DNA of 64,000 nucleotides from a virus. Taxonomy: Duplodnaviria > Caudoviricetes. The translations under genes were made by a program, and so were the position numbers. Below are positions 17,759 to 28,648 of the stretch, in pieces. The stretch covers positions 21,611 to 85,610 of the IMG/VR virus record IMGVR_UViG_3300022555_000031; one strand, 5' to 3'. How positions within the stretch are numbered: position 1 is the first letter of the stretch; each line of letters opens with the position of its first letter. Below the pieces are notes generated by a model, which saw only the letters and a program-made list of their open reading frames with translations, was not told the origin of the DNA and did no database searches.

Positions 17759-20700
17759 CGGAACAAGAGATAAATAAAATATGGGAGTTGGCCAGGAGCG
17801 TTAATCACAGCTTCCAGGTGAACCTGAGCTTTGAACGTGATGGTTCAGATGAAAAACAAATCAACATCTCTGCTGATATGGCGGAAGAACTGCGTAAAGA
17901 CCTTCTATCTGGGGATTCCAAGGAAGAGGTCTACGGGAGATGGTATAACAGAATTCCCACCAGCAGGGCTCTCCCGAGTAGCGGAGTTGTCTTTTTCAGT
18001 CTGCACGAATACTACCACATCAATCCGTCTGCTGGCATATACGAGAACGTGAACTACTGCCTATGCACGGGATATACACGGGAAATCCCAGGGCGTCTTG
18101 TGGATGTTGGCCCATGGATGTTCAGCACGTCACCCAGCAGATTCAGAAACTTACTTACGCAGTATGAAAGAGAGTATGGGAGGGATAAGTTGATAGATTT
18201 GTTAAACAGGCTCGCCTCGCAGAACATTCTGTTGCGTGAAGGTAGTCGAAAGGGTGCGGAGAAGCTTATTGAGAAGGTAAAGTGCGAGCACCAGTTGACA
18301 GTCACAGACGCCACCAATGATGATTCATGGGCCTGCGTGATTGATAGTAGCCTGTTCAAGTTAAAGGAAATTGAGGCCGACTTTGCGAATGGTGACCTCG
18401 GTGCCGACGGGATGGTGCAGAAGTGGTGGGATTTGCTTGGGGGAAGTGACGAGCCTACAGACGTTGAGAGTATTGAAATTATCAAGGTATACGATGTGAC
18501 GCTTAAAGACGGAGACCTGATTCAGATGTTTTTTAGTTTCAATGGGGAATATTATGAGTGGGTGGATATGGATACGTCGGGTTGTGGTGAAGACAGCGAT
18601 GGAGAAATATTTCAAGACGAAATAGATAGGATGAGCGATATGGCAAGGATACAGATGCTGGACAGTTTCCTTGAAGGAGAGAACATCTTGCTACGGGAAG
18701 GTAGCCGAAAGGGTGCGGAGAAATTGATAGCATGTGCAGAGCGTAGCCACCAACTCTTCATGGAGAGTGAGGAGTATGGTAAAGAGTGTTGGGAGGTGGG
18801 CAACGACTTAATAGGCGACGTAGAGGCCGATTTTAATAATTTAGATATAGACGGTGATACGTTTGTGTTGAAATGGCGTGGCCAGCTTGGCGGGGATGGG
18901 GTGAGGCTTAATACCGACACGGTTAAACTGTTCAGGAAATATAACGTGACATTCCAGGATGGGGGCTCGTGTTGGATTACTTTCGTACGTAAGCTAAACA
19001 GGCCTGAATACGGGGGACCCATTACAGACGCAGTTTACGGTGGTGGCGATGTGGCAAAATTTGAGAGGCACATACAGAGCATGTCGGACTCTGAGATAAT
19101 AAATATGTTGGATGATTTCCTTGAAGGCGAGAACATCTTATTAAGAGAGGGAAGTCTCAAGGGTGCTGATAAGTTGATTGACCGTGTAACCCGCAAGCAC
19201 TACTTGGACCTGGAGGGCGGTTTTGGTGCAGATTCTTATGACATAGAGATTGGTAGCGGGTCGTATCTTGAGGTTGTTGCTGATTATCTCAATGACAACG
19301 TTACCGTGGGAGACCTGATAGGTAAGTGGTGGGGCCCGTTGACTGATAAACCAAAGCCCGAAACACTTCACCTGGTCGGCAGTATCGGCGTGCAGAAGGT
19401 GTTGGATATCCGTGTCAAGGATGGGGGGTTGGTAAGGGTTACCTTGGAGTTAAACAAAGTAAGTCAATGCTATGAGCTTCTCCGTGTAGACGAGATGGTG
19501 CAGAGTTTGGACTCGAATAGTTTGCTGGACGAGATGGAGGAGGTACCCAATAGTGAGTGGCTTTTCTTGTTGGTCCCAAAGATTGAAGGAGAGAATATCT
19601 TGCTCCGTGAGGGCATGAACAAGAGAGCACAACTGGATAGTTCCCATATTATGGACGTTAAGCGGAATAATCGGATAGAGGTTATGGTGGGCGACGGCGA
19701 AGATAGGGGCGATTACACTGAGTGTAGCGATGATGAGTTCAAGGAGTTGCTTGCTGACGTTTCTAATAATTCTATAACCAACGAGGACTTTTTGCGGAAA
19801 TGGTGCCCGAGTGTCCCAGGGGAAGAGGCGTATGATTTGAATATGGCTATCTACTCGGAGTATTGCATCACATTTGCAGATGGCGGAGAGATAGAGTTCT
19901 CGCTGAGGTATATGGGGCTACAGGACACGAATCTGTGGAGACTACATAACCCAGAGGTCCATGTTGCGTCGGACCAGTCCAGTGCGTTCATGGATTACCT
20001 GACGAGGCCAGATATGGGGGCGGTAACTTATTCGAGGATGATACCAAATGAAGATGTGGAACAGTTGAACAACCTTTGCGGTGGGACGAACATATTACTG
20101 AGGGAGGGCACTCTGAAGAAGGCCGATAGCGTGGCGTCAATGAAACGGATGGACGAGTTGACCAGGTCTGTGACTTGCGAGAGAACGTTTGAGGTGTTGG
20201 CCCTGAACGCTGATAATCCCTCTCGTGAAGGTAGCTTGGACAAAAAGGCCATGAACACACTCCAGGATATGGAAGGGGTTGTGGCGTGGGTATCGCACAA
20301 GAATATCCTTTACTTACTTCCTCTGAACGGGGACTTTGGCATAGAAGTTGAGATACCAGACAGCCTGATACCAGACATTCTGATAGATTTTTCGAATGGC
20401 AACCTCAGTCAACAAGGGATAGCAAGGACATGGTGGCCCGACTTATCTGGTGGGGAGCAGGTGCCAGAGAATGAAGGTTGCAGACTCATCTCTCAGTATG
20501 CAGTGGAGATGAGCGATGGTGGTGCGTGCACGGTGGAGTATGTATCCGCCCCAGGCTTGGATGGGCATAGTGTGCATAGGATTACAAAAGAATCTAATGA
20601 CGCTAATGTGTTCTATGATTTAATTTTTAATTATAAAGACAGAGAAGTTTACGAGTGGCTGATTGATAGGGTAAGTGGGAAGAACATTTTGCTAAGAGAG

Positions 20701-23700
20701 GGGGCCTTGGGTAAGGAGGCGAGGGTGAGATTAGAGGATATGAGCGACCAGGTAGAAGAGATAACACACGAGAACATCTTCTACGTGGTGCGGTGTGCGA
20801 CTTCTGAAAACACAGACTTCGAGATACCAGATGATATCCTTGCAGAGGTTTGCCATGATTACATGAGTCTAAGAAGTGCCCAAGAGGTGATAGACAAGTG
20901 GTGGGGTAAGATATCTACACAGCCAAAGCCAGAAGACTACGAGGGAGTGAGGATTGTTTCCCAGTATTATGTAGGCATGAATGATGGTGGTATTGGCCGA
21001 CTGGAGTTTATATTGGACACCGTTCATGGGTGGTCCTGGTTATTTCACGAAGAGTATCAACCCTCTTCGGCTATACGCAATCTCGAGCGGTTACTAAGTG
21101 GTGTGACGGCCAGCAAGGCAATTGATTGGTTAAACACCAGGATGGAGGGGGTTAACATCCTGCTCAGAGAAGGAACCGTTAAGACGGCTCTTGAGGAATA
21201 CCCATTGAATAGGGTGAACGATAAAGTGACATGTGTGAAGAGTCAGCTTGCGTTGGTGTTTCATATGTATACTTATAATGAAAGAGCCGAAGAGATTGTG
21301 GTAATCCCCCGTGAATACGAAAAAGGTGTTATTACTGATTACGTAGACCAAGCTATAGACATATCGGGAATGGTGGAGAAGTGGTGCCCGAAACTGTTCG
21401 AAGATGGGCATCGGATGCGGGACGGCAGTGCACTTGAGCTGTGCACGGGGATTGACCTGCTTCGTCAGTATATAGTTGCAACAGATGATGGCGGGGAGAT
21501 GGGGTTTGATTATAAATGTAACACCGACCCGCAGGATTTTATCTATTACGAGCGGGGTATAATGACAGAGACTCCGCATGCCAAATTGGTCTTTGACGAG
21601 ATAGCGGACGACGAAGATAGGCTTGGTTGGTTGAATATGTGGGCAAACGGGATAAACATACTCGAGAGAGAGGGGAGCGTAAAGACTGCCGAGTCGGATG
21701 TGGAGTGGGATAAGATAAGCGATATGATAGAGAAGGTGGATTATCAGTTGTGGATTGATTATACGGGGGATAGTGTCTACTTTGACCCGCTTGAAGTCCC
21801 CCGTGAGCTCGAGCAAGAGATAATCAAGGAATACCATGACCTTGAAGGTGTAGGGGTGGAGATTGGGACTATACATGCCGTGCAGGCGTTCTTTGATAAA
21901 TGGTTCCCCCGCTTAGGAGTGGAAGAGGATATCCCGACATACAATCCCAATAGGGATAGTTGGGGATTCACAACCGAATACATTGTTGCGGTGAAAGGTG
22001 GTGGAACTGTAACTGTTTCAGCGTATGGAGAGCCAGCGGAAGTGACTGAAGACATTCGGGAGATAGACGGTTATGGTGAGGGTCAGCCCTACTTTGAATT
22101 TTACGATGCGATTGGATATGCCTGGGAAGTAGACCCAGAGCGTCTGCGTGAGCTTTTGTGGAACAGGTATCAGGGTGGGCAGAACATATTATTAAGGGAA
22201 GGTCGGGGTAGCCTATTCCGAGGGATAGATTTTTCCGTTGTATCAGGTGTAGATATTCATGTCTATATTGAATGGGAAGACCAATATGACGGTCGAAAGA
22301 GGGGCCATGTTGAGTTGCAGGGTGACGACCTGCGGGATGCGTCAAATATTTACCGTAGCTGGGGTGAGGCTCCTGAATACTTCAAGGAACATTATCTGCC
22401 AAAATTCATTCCAGAGGGGATGGACATTTATCCACTTTACCCGAAAGTTACAGTGGAGGGGACGATTACAACGGCAGATGGCGGGAAGTTACGCTTTGAT
22501 AACAGCTATTTATGGCAATTAGGAGAGCCTACTCCTCAATCTAAAAAACTATGCAGAAAGATTTACAGTCGTCGGGAGGCACATTGCACGGCAGATTTCG
22601 TTGCGTGGGCCGTTGAGTTCCAGGAGGGCTCCACGAACATATTGTTACGTGAAGGGTCTCAAAGGGAAGTAGTACCGTTCTACTATCCCAACGTGCAGGT
22701 GTTGTTGGAAAACTTCCCACAGTATGAGGGCAGGCTTCAGACAGTTAATCCAGACGAGGTTAGGGAATGGATAAGCGAGGTAGAGGGTAGGGCCGAGACA
22801 AAGTTTAATGAGAGCATAAGCCCAGAGGATTATTTATCCAAGGACGATAGCTGGGCCTACAACGTATTGGGAAACGCACTTGGGGTATGCCCAATAGACT
22901 ATGATGACCGTGAAGAGGTATTTGATTACCTCAAGCAGTTCTTGATTAACCCATTGACTACAATCGATGAATTATTCCCAAGGTCAGACGTGGTCCCGCC
23001 GTTTGAAAGGTACCTGGACGAGGGAAAGATGCGGTATGCCTATGAGTATTTATGGGATGCGGGATATGAGAGGGCCCTTTCAATTGATTTCTGTGCACAG
23101 GATTATCTTGACGAAGCAGAGGGGCAGATGTTGATTTGTGCCCTATTCCTGGTTGGTGATGCGGAGGCGTTGGCTCCTGCAAGCATATGGGATAAGTTCT
23201 TTATCAAGTTCTCACCCAAGACCACGTTAGAGCGTGAAGGTGTAAGGGTTGAAGGCATGATGAGGAAGGCGTCGATAGAGTTCACGCCGATAGATTTGGG
23301 CGGGATAGTGAACGCTTATGACTTTATGTCAGTCCATCCAGAATACGACCCCAGGAAGGGTGGTGAGGTTGTTGACAGTGGTCCCATTGATAGAAGGAGA
23401 ACAGTGGCGAAGCTTGTCACGATACTCGGGACAAACGGCAAACACGCAGTATTATTGATGGACGACGGTTCCAGATACCTGGTTGGCAAGAAGCCGTTCC
23501 AGTTGCTACATGGGGCCTGGGAGGCCAATCTCTCTGGCAAGGGTGTCACTGAAAAGATGGAGAAGCTACGTGATAATCTTAACGAAGAGCAAGGTGAGGC
23601 TGAAATAGATTTTGTGGGAGAAGTAGACCAGCACAGGGCGGATGATTTGTTCAAGACCTGGGAGGAGTTAACTCCCAATGAGCAAGTAATGGTAGCGAAG

Positions 23701-25806
23701 AAGATACCAACTACAAAAACCAAGACACCGATAAAACTCTACTACAACGACCACGTGAAAGAGTTCGCCATCTTCAGGAAGCCAGTAAAGAAGAAAGCGG
23801 ATGCCGTGGATGCACCGAAGGGGCAGTGGCAGGATAGTAGCCTGTTGTCTCATGAATACGGAATTACATTAGGCCCGTCGATGGCGAGCATTGGATGTTA
23901 TTATCCAGATGAATCCGAGAAGAGCCTAAGGCTTCTCTATATAATATCTCGTAGACACGTTAGCACTTGTTATTTGCAAGGTAAAGATGATGGATACGTT
24001 GAGGAGCTGGTTGATACTCTCGCACGTTATCTTATGCGACAAGTGGCAGACGAAGGGATTACTATAGAAGATTTAATGAGAGAGTATGCCAACCACACAC
24101 GGGACTTTAATGAGACAGTTGAGCGGGTGCAAAATTCAATTGGCAATATCCTGTTACGAGAGGGGAGCCTGGAGAAGAAGTCTGAGTATGATTTTAACCA
24201 TGGACAGTGGCCGATGGCGGGGATGATTGGTGGAGTTGGGGAATTTGCCCGAGAAGACGGTCAAGGCCTCGGGCACCATTACAAATTAGACCTGGACGGT
24301 TACACCCGTGTCGGCTGTTTCGATGGAGGGGTAGATAATAAAGACCATCAGTGGAAGGTATACTTCTTAGGTAGGGCAGTAGTAATTATTACGGATTTTA
24401 ATTATAGCTGGGAATACGCTGAGGGAGCTGTTAACGCTATCGGCAGGCATTTAGTTGAACAGACCAAGACCGATGGAGTTACCTTTGAGACAATCACCAA
24501 CGGGTTTGAATGGGATAGACGCAAGTTCAGGGAGATGGTCCAGTCGGTTGGCAGTTCAGTCCTACCGCCCCTGTTAAGGGAGGGGAGTGCGGTCGGGACC
24601 CGTGAGGATGCCAGCAAACTGAGTCTGGGTGGAGATTATTGGTGGAGGGGAATAACGGAAGACGAGGCGAAGTACATAATAGAGAACAACAAGTTTAAGT
24701 ATCATTCCGATGTGCCGATATACTGTGACCCCGAGGTTATGGAGTTCTTGGGAATGACCGATGAAGAAGGCGAGGAGATAGAGAGATATATCGGCAAGCG
24801 GAAGGTGGTTAACGTTACCAAGGACCTTGAGAACGCCAGGGGTTATGGGCCGTATGTTGTAGCGGTGCCACGGGATGCAGTTGAAGAGTATGACCAGTAT
24901 GGGTTTGTGTTATTCGAGACCCCAGTGAGCAAGGTGTTTGATTCAGGGGACGCCCTTGCCGTCCGAGAGGCCAAGTTGAATGTTGGTGAACTTGTGTGGG
25001 GTTCACACGATAACGGTGACGAGTATTGCGAGATGCAACTGCTCCCAGATAACTCACGTGGAACGGGCGGTGTCTCGCTTGTTGCTCAGAGGAACTGGAT
25101 GAAAGAGTGGAACCTATTCCTGAATCAAAGGGATGGTAGAATTATATCACTGCAAATGCCAGGTGACCCCAGTAGTGAGATGATAGAAAATCTTGTTAGG
25201 GGAGTTGCGAGGCGACTGATACCGCTCGGCATTGATATGTTTGGCGGGAGTAATTTCATCCACGCCTTAGAGGAGACCCAAGGAGATATCCCGACGATAC
25301 TGAGGGAAGGTAAAAAGAAATCACTCATTGACGACGTGAAGCAGGTTGAGCACACGTGGTCGCTCACACCGAGCGACGGGGATTCATGGGAGATACCGAA
25401 ACCGATACTCAATGAAGTGAAGGGTGACTACGAGAATATGAGTACCAAGAAGTTCCTGGAGAAGTGGTGGGAGGTTATTACTGAGCTTCCGTGGAGACCC
25501 GAGGATTACGAAGGACTGTTTAACGAGGGAGGGAATGTAGATGATTACAATGGGTTTGGCATAGACATAGACCATTCTTACTGGATTCAGATGAAAGACG
25601 GCGGGGAGCTCTTTATAGATTACTATGGATTTTATGAGGGTGGTGAGCCACAGATGAACGTTTCGACTCCGCAGGCGGATGCACTCTTCCGTATGTTAAA
25701 GTATGGCGGTGACGGTAACGACGAGTCGGAGGAAATCATGGACCAGTTGGAGCAGATGGTGGAACCGTTGAACATCTTACTGAGAGAGGGTAAAAAGATT
25801 GACTAA
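17755..25806 (+). CDS. giant modular polyprotein B (2683 aa; about 17 modules, 16 junction motifs)
   Basis: Uninterrupted ORF; motifs mostly 150-180 aa apart; many modules share a D[YF]...KW[WC/F]P...Y.V...DGG pattern. Confidence 0.8.
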   Translation: MTEQEINKIWELARSVNHSFQVNLSFERDGSDEKQINISADMAEELRKDLLSGDSKEEVYGRWYNRIPTSRALPSSGVVFFSLHEYYHINPSAGIYENVNYCLCTGYTREIPGRLVDVGPWMFSTSPSRFRNLLTQYEREYGRDKLIDLLNRLASQNILLREGSRKGAEKLIEKVKCEHQLTVTDATNDDSWACVIDSSLFKLKEIEADFANGDLGADGMVQKWWDLLGGSDEPTDVESIEIIKVYDVTLKDGDLIQMFFSFNGEYYEWVDMDTSGCGEDSDGEIFQDEIDRMSDMARIQMLDSFLEGENILLREGSRKGAEKLIACAERSHQLFMESEEYGKECWEVGNDLIGDVEADFNNLDIDGDTFVLKWRGQLGGDGVRLNTDTVKLFRKYNVTFQDGGSCWITFVRKLNRPEYGGPITDAVYGGGDVAKFERHIQSMSDSEIINMLDDFLEGENILLREGSLKGADKLIDRVTRKHYLDLEGGFGADSYDIEIGSGSYLEVVADYLNDNVTVGDLIGKWWGPLTDKPKPETLHLVGSIGVQKVLDIRVKDGGLVRVTLELNKVSQCYELLRVDEMVQSLDSNSLLDEMEEVPNSEWLFLLVPKIEGENILLREGMNKRAQLDSSHIMDVKRNNRIEVMVGDGEDRGDYTECSDDEFKELLADVSNNSITNEDFLRKWCPSVPGEEAYDLNMAIYSEYCITFADGGEIEFSLRYMGLQDTNLWRLHNPEVHVASDQSSAFMDYLTRPDMGAVTYSRMIPNEDVEQLNNLCGGTNILLREGTLKKADSVASMKRMDELTRSVTCERTFEVLALNADNPSREGSLDKKAMNTLQDMEGVVAWVSHKNILYLLPLNGDFGIEVEIPDSLIPDILIDFSNGNLSQQGIARTWWPDLSGGEQVPENEGCRLISQYAVEMSDGGACTVEYVSAPGLDGHSVHRITKESNDANVFYDLIFNYKDREVYEWLIDRVSGKNILLREGALGKEARVRLEDMSDQVEEITHENIFYVVRCATSENTDFEIPDDILAEVCHDYMSLRSAQEVIDKWWGKISTQPKPEDYEGVRIVSQYYVGMNDGGIGRLEFILDTVHGWSWLFHEEYQPSSAIRNLERLLSGVTASKAIDWLNTRMEGVNILLREGTVKTALEEYPLNRVNDKVTCVKSQLALVFHMYTYNERAEEIVVIPREYEKGVITDYVDQAIDISGMVEKWCPKLFEDGHRMRDGSALELCTGIDLLRQYIVATDDGGEMGFDYKCNTDPQDFIYYERGIMTETPHAKLVFDEIADDEDRLGWLNMWANGINILEREGSVKTAESDVEWDKISDMIEKVDYQLWIDYTGDSVYFDPLEVPRELEQEIIKEYHDLEGVGVEIGTIHAVQAFFDKWFPRLGVEEDIPTYNPNRDSWGFTTEYIVAVKGGGTVTVSAYGEPAEVTEDIREIDGYGEGQPYFEFYDAIGYAWEVDPERLRELLWNRYQGGQNILLREGRGSLFRGIDFSVVSGVDIHVYIEWEDQYDGRKRGHVELQGDDLRDASNIYRSWGEAPEYFKEHYLPKFIPEGMDIYPLYPKVTVEGTITTADGGKLRFDNSYLWQLGEPTPQSKKLCRKIYSRREAHCTADFVAWAVEFQEGSTNILLREGSQREVVPFYYPNVQVLLENFPQYEGRLQTVNPDEVREWISEVEGRAETKFNESISPEDYLSKDDSWAYNVLGNALGVCPIDYDDREEVFDYLKQFLINPLTTIDELFPRSDVVPPFERYLDEGKMRYAYEYLWDAGYERALSIDFCAQDYLDEAEGQMLICALFLVGDAEALAPASIWDKFFIKFSPKTTLEREGVRVEGMMRKASIEFTPIDLGGIVNAYDFMSVHPEYDPRKGGEVVDSGPIDRRRTVAKLVTILGTNGKHAVLLMDDGSRYLVGKKPFQLLHGAWEANLSGKGVTEKMEKLRDNLNEEQGEAEIDFVGEVDQHRADDLFKTWEELTPNEQVMVAKKIPTTKTKTPIKLYYNDHVKEFAIFRKPVKKKADAVDAPKGQWQDSSLLSHEYGITLGPSMASIGCYYPDESEKSLRLLYIISRRHVSTCYLQGKDDGYVEELVDTLARYLMRQVADEGITIEDLMREYANHTRDFNETVERVQNSIGNILLREGSLEKKSEYDFNHGQWPMAGMIGGVGEFAREDGQGLGHHYKLDLDGYTRVGCFDGGVDNKDHQWKVYFLGRAVVIITDFNYSWEYAEGAVNAIGRHLVEQTKTDGVTFETITNGFEWDRRKFREMVQSVGSSVLPPLLREGSAVGTREDASKLSLGGDYWWRGITEDEAKYIIENNKFKYHSDVPIYCDPEVMEFLGMTDEEGEEIERYIGKRKVVNVTKDLENARGYGPYVVAVPRDAVEEYDQYGFVLFETPVSKVFDSGDALAVREAKLNVGELVWGSHDNGDEYCEMQLLPDNSRGTGGVSLVAQRNWMKEWNLFLNQRDGRIISLQMPGDPSSEMIENLVRGVARRLIPLGIDMFGGSNFIHALEETQGDIPTILREGKKKSLIDDVKQVEHTWSLTPSDGDSWEIPKPILNEVKGDYENMSTKKFLEKWWEVITELPWRPEDYEGLFNEGGNVDDYNGFGIDIDHSYWIQMKDGGELFIDYYGFYEGGEPQMNVSTPQADALFRMLKYGGDGNDESEEIMDQLEQMVEPLNILLREGKKID

Positions 25807-25812
25807 GATATT

Positions 25813-25839
25813 TTGTTTATTTGCCAAATATGCTATAAT
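25813..25839 (+). promoter_or_regulatory. extended -10 promoter
   Basis: TG-C-TATAAT at 25831-25839 in an AT-rich intergenic gap; GGAGG RBS at 25861. Confidence 0.55.
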
Positions 25840-25871
25840 ACACACAAAGGGAATATATCTGGAGGACTCCT

Positions 25872-26156
25872 GTGGCCATATGTGAACACTGCGGGAAAGA
25901 CATCTCCACTTTGAACAATGTTCAGAGTGGCTATGTGATATACGAGATGGATGCCAACGGCTCATATTCTCAAGTTGACGGCTTCGAACCAGACGGTAAC
26001 ATGAATGAGTGGCACTGTCCTAACTGTAGCTCCAACATTGCGTTGTGCGAAGAAGATGCGATGGAATTTTTAAGTAGAGGAGTCCCAGGGGACAACATTC
26101 TCACCCGAGAAGGTAAAACCAGGCGAGTAGCCTTCAAACGCAATCATACGTCTTAA
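25872..26156 (+). CDS. Zn-ribbon protein with C-terminal NILTREG motif (single-module cassette)
   Basis: GTG start with GGAGG; CEHC and CPNC; DNILTREGK at 26091-26117. Confidence 0.7.
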   Translation: MAICEHCGKDISTLNNVQSGYVIYEMDANGSYSQVDGFEPDGNMNEWHCPNCSSNIALCEEDAMEFLSRGVPGDNILTREGKTRRVAFKRNHTS

Positions 26157-26168
26157 TAGGAGGAAGTT

Positions 26169-27149
26169 ATGGCATTCACTCAAGACACTACGAAATTAGG
26201 TGACAGGCCAGTTACGCTTGTCGCACAGCTTTATGACTCCGTTACACAAACCCACAAAGTAGTCCCGCTCAGATGCAAAGACAATGGAGACGGGTCATGG
26301 TCGATGGATATTCAGGCGACCATAGAGACTGGCGATATAGAAATCGGAGCGGTTGAATTAAAGGACGCAGGCTCAGATACGAGAGTGAAAGTAAAAACCG
26401 ATGGGACAGATAACGCCCTCGTGGTGATGCAGAATAACGGAGCAAAAGAAACTGGCGGTAACCTCGCAAGTATAAAAACAGATGTAGACAAAATCCCATC
26501 AAAGGGCACAGCGACGATGGTCGGCTCGATGCCCGTTACGATAGCTACTGATGACACACTCATGTCGGCAATGAAGGCCGACTTAGATAAGATACCTTCC
26601 TCGCCCGCAACTGAAGGCGGCAACCTGGCGACCATAGCAGGAAAAGATTTTGCAACACAAACGACCCTGTCTGCGTTGAACGCAAAAATCCCAGCGAGCC
26701 CAGCAACTGAAGGCGGTAATCTCGCAACGATTAAATCCAACACAGACAAACTTGACACGACTTTGTCAGCATTGGCAACGGCTATAGCAGGAGCGACTCC
26801 GAAGACACTTGCAGATGTAGTATCGGCAATCTCGGGGATTAGTGTTGGAGGAAATAAGATTACTCCAATAATTTCTGTAGTGGATATGACGACACTTGGA
26901 ACAGAATATTCACAAGCACTACCTGAAGGATGTAGTGGATTTACAGTTCAGTTGAGGGAAGATAGTGGTATTCTTAAGATAGCTTTTAATACAGGAGATA
27001 TAGCGGCGGGCACTTATATTACTGTTAAGGCTGGAGGCTCTTGGTCAGAAGATGGAGTGAATTTGACGGGAAAGACTTTGTATCTTGTCAGTGATACAAA
27101 TGCTGTCAATGCAGAAATTATTGCGTGGGCACCAGGAGGGTTAGCATAA
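26169..27149 (+). CDS. putative virion fibre/decoration protein with internal repeats
   Basis: Three ATEGGNLA[T/S]I-type repeats; Ala/Thr-rich coiled stalk; beta-rich C-terminus. Confidence 0.55.
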   Translation: MAFTQDTTKLGDRPVTLVAQLYDSVTQTHKVVPLRCKDNGDGSWSMDIQATIETGDIEIGAVELKDAGSDTRVKVKTDGTDNALVVMQNNGAKETGGNLASIKTDVDKIPSKGTATMVGSMPVTIATDDTLMSAMKADLDKIPSSPATEGGNLATIAGKDFATQTTLSALNAKIPASPATEGGNLATIKSNTDKLDTTLSALATAIAGATPKTLADVVSAISGISVGGNKITPIISVVDMTTLGTEYSQALPEGCSGFTVQLREDSGILKIAFNTGDIAAGTYITVKAGGSWSEDGVNLTGKTLYLVSDTNAVNAEIIAWAPGGLA

Positions 27150-28636
27150 TGTTAAAATCTAATCCATTATGGAAGCCGAGTAATGGGAAAATAAGCCCAA
27201 TAGGGGATAAGGTTGCTCAGGCGAATGTGCAAGATGTGGAAACTTTTACCGTTGCAGAAGATTTCGTATACGGTCAGGTTGGATATTTGAATTCAGATGG
27301 CAAAATGACTTTAACGGATGGTTGGTTTGCTGGAACAAGTGATACGGTAGGAATTTGTATAGAACAGTCAATTTCCAGATTATCGTCTGGAAGATTTGTA
27401 AAAAAGGGCAGTGTTGTCAACAGTAGTTGGACTTGGTCTGTTCCAGGAAATCGTTTGTATTTAGCCTCGTCTGGAGGAACGCCAGCTAATATAGTTCCAG
27501 ATATGGAAAGCAATGTGTCTCCTTATGGCGTCGTTTCGTCCTCATCGTCTGGAGATGGTGCGTTTATTGCGTTCGCCTATGATGGTTGGGGTGCGTATGG
27601 GCTGGGGTTGGCGGATGCGAATTGGATTCAGTATGATTATCCGTTTACTTCGTTTAGTCCAAGAGTGCAGAGGGTTCAGTTTGAGGCAATGAGTGATGGG
27701 AGGGGGGTGAAAAGTCAACAGACCTTGGTAACAGTTCAAGCCAAGAGGAGAGATGATGGTTCATGGACAGAGATAATAAGTCAGAATATTTGGGTGTCAT
27801 TGTATCCCAATAAGAAGCTGTATGACTTGCCGATTCCTTCAGAATATTGGGACGATGCTACAGTTTTTAATGCTTGGAGAATATCTTTGTCATCGTCACC
27901 TGGGTTGATTACATTTATTTCCAAATGTAGTTTTTGCTCGAAGAGTATTAGTGTCGGTTATATGCAAGAAAGTAAACCAGAACCATTAGCAACTATTGTT
28001 GCTACTATTAAATCGGCTACTGAAATTATGTTTGGTATAAGAGGACCCCAAGGAGACCAAGGTTGGCAAGGAGACCCAGGTCCTCAAGGAGACCCAGGAC
28101 CCCAAGGAGACCAAGGATACCGAGGAGACCCAGGACCCCAAGGAGACCAAGGTTGGCAAGGAGACCCAGGTCCTCAAGGAGACCCAGGACCCCAAGGAGA
28201 CCCAGGTCCTCAAGGAGACCTAGGACCCCAAGGATACCCAGGAGACCCAGGATACCCAGGAGAACCAGGATACCCAGGTCCTCAAGGAGACCCAGGACCC
28301 CAAGGAGACCAAGGTAATCCAGCTATTCCTTATTTTGTAGTTCCAGTTTCTTATACAGATACCCCAGTAGCAGTAGCAATTACGAATCCTGCTACGCTTT
28401 ATACTGTTGATGCAAGTTCTGGGCAGGTTGATATGAATCTCCCACAGTCGAATACTTGTTTATCAGGTATGATGGTTATAGTTAAGAGGGTAGATAATAT
28501 TGTAGCAAATGTGGTGAATATAAATCCGTTTTCTGGAGATGTGATAGATGGAGGAGGAAGGAAAGTTCTTGTTGCTCAAAATGATAAGATAATTTTAGTA
28601 ACAGATGCTTCAGGCAGATGGTTTATAATCGGTTAA
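27149..28636 (+). CDS. collagen-like fibre protein
   Basis: 31 consecutive G-X-Y triplets; TAATG overlap and GGAGG RBS give a start at 27149. Confidence 0.8.
   Translation: MLKSNPLWKPSNGKISPIGDKVAQANVQDVETFTVAEDFVYGQVGYLNSDGKMTLTDGWFAGTSDTVGICIEQSISRLSSGRFVKKGSVVNSSWTWSVPGNRLYLASSGGTPANIVPDMESNVSPYGVVSSSSSGDGAFIAFAYDGWGAYGLGLADANWIQYDYPFTSFSPRVQRVQFEAMSDGRGVKSQQTLVTVQAKRRDDGSWTEIISQNIWVSLYPNKKLYDLPIPSEYWDDATVFNAWRISLSSSPGLITFISKCSFCSKSISVGYMQESKPEPLATIVATIKSATEIMFGIRGPQGDQGWQGDPGPQGDPGPQGDQGYRGDPGPQGDQGWQGDPGPQGDPGPQGDPGPQGDLGPQGYPGDPGYPGEPGYPGPQGDPGPQGDQGNPAIPYFVVPVSYTDTPVAVAITNPATLYTVDASSGQVDMNLPQSNTCLSGMMVIVKRVDNIVANVVNINPFSGDVIDGGGRKVLVAQNDKIILVTDASGRWFIIG
28043..28321 (+). repeat. collagen (Gly-X-Y)31 repeat
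   Basis: GPQGD[P/Q] units; near-identical 9- and 18-bp DNA units. Confidence 0.95.
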
Positions 28637-28648
28637 AGGAGGAATACA

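Noticed and set aside
28063-28317. Arg/Pro-rich ORF in an alternative frame
   Set aside because: It is a frame shadow of the collagen repeat
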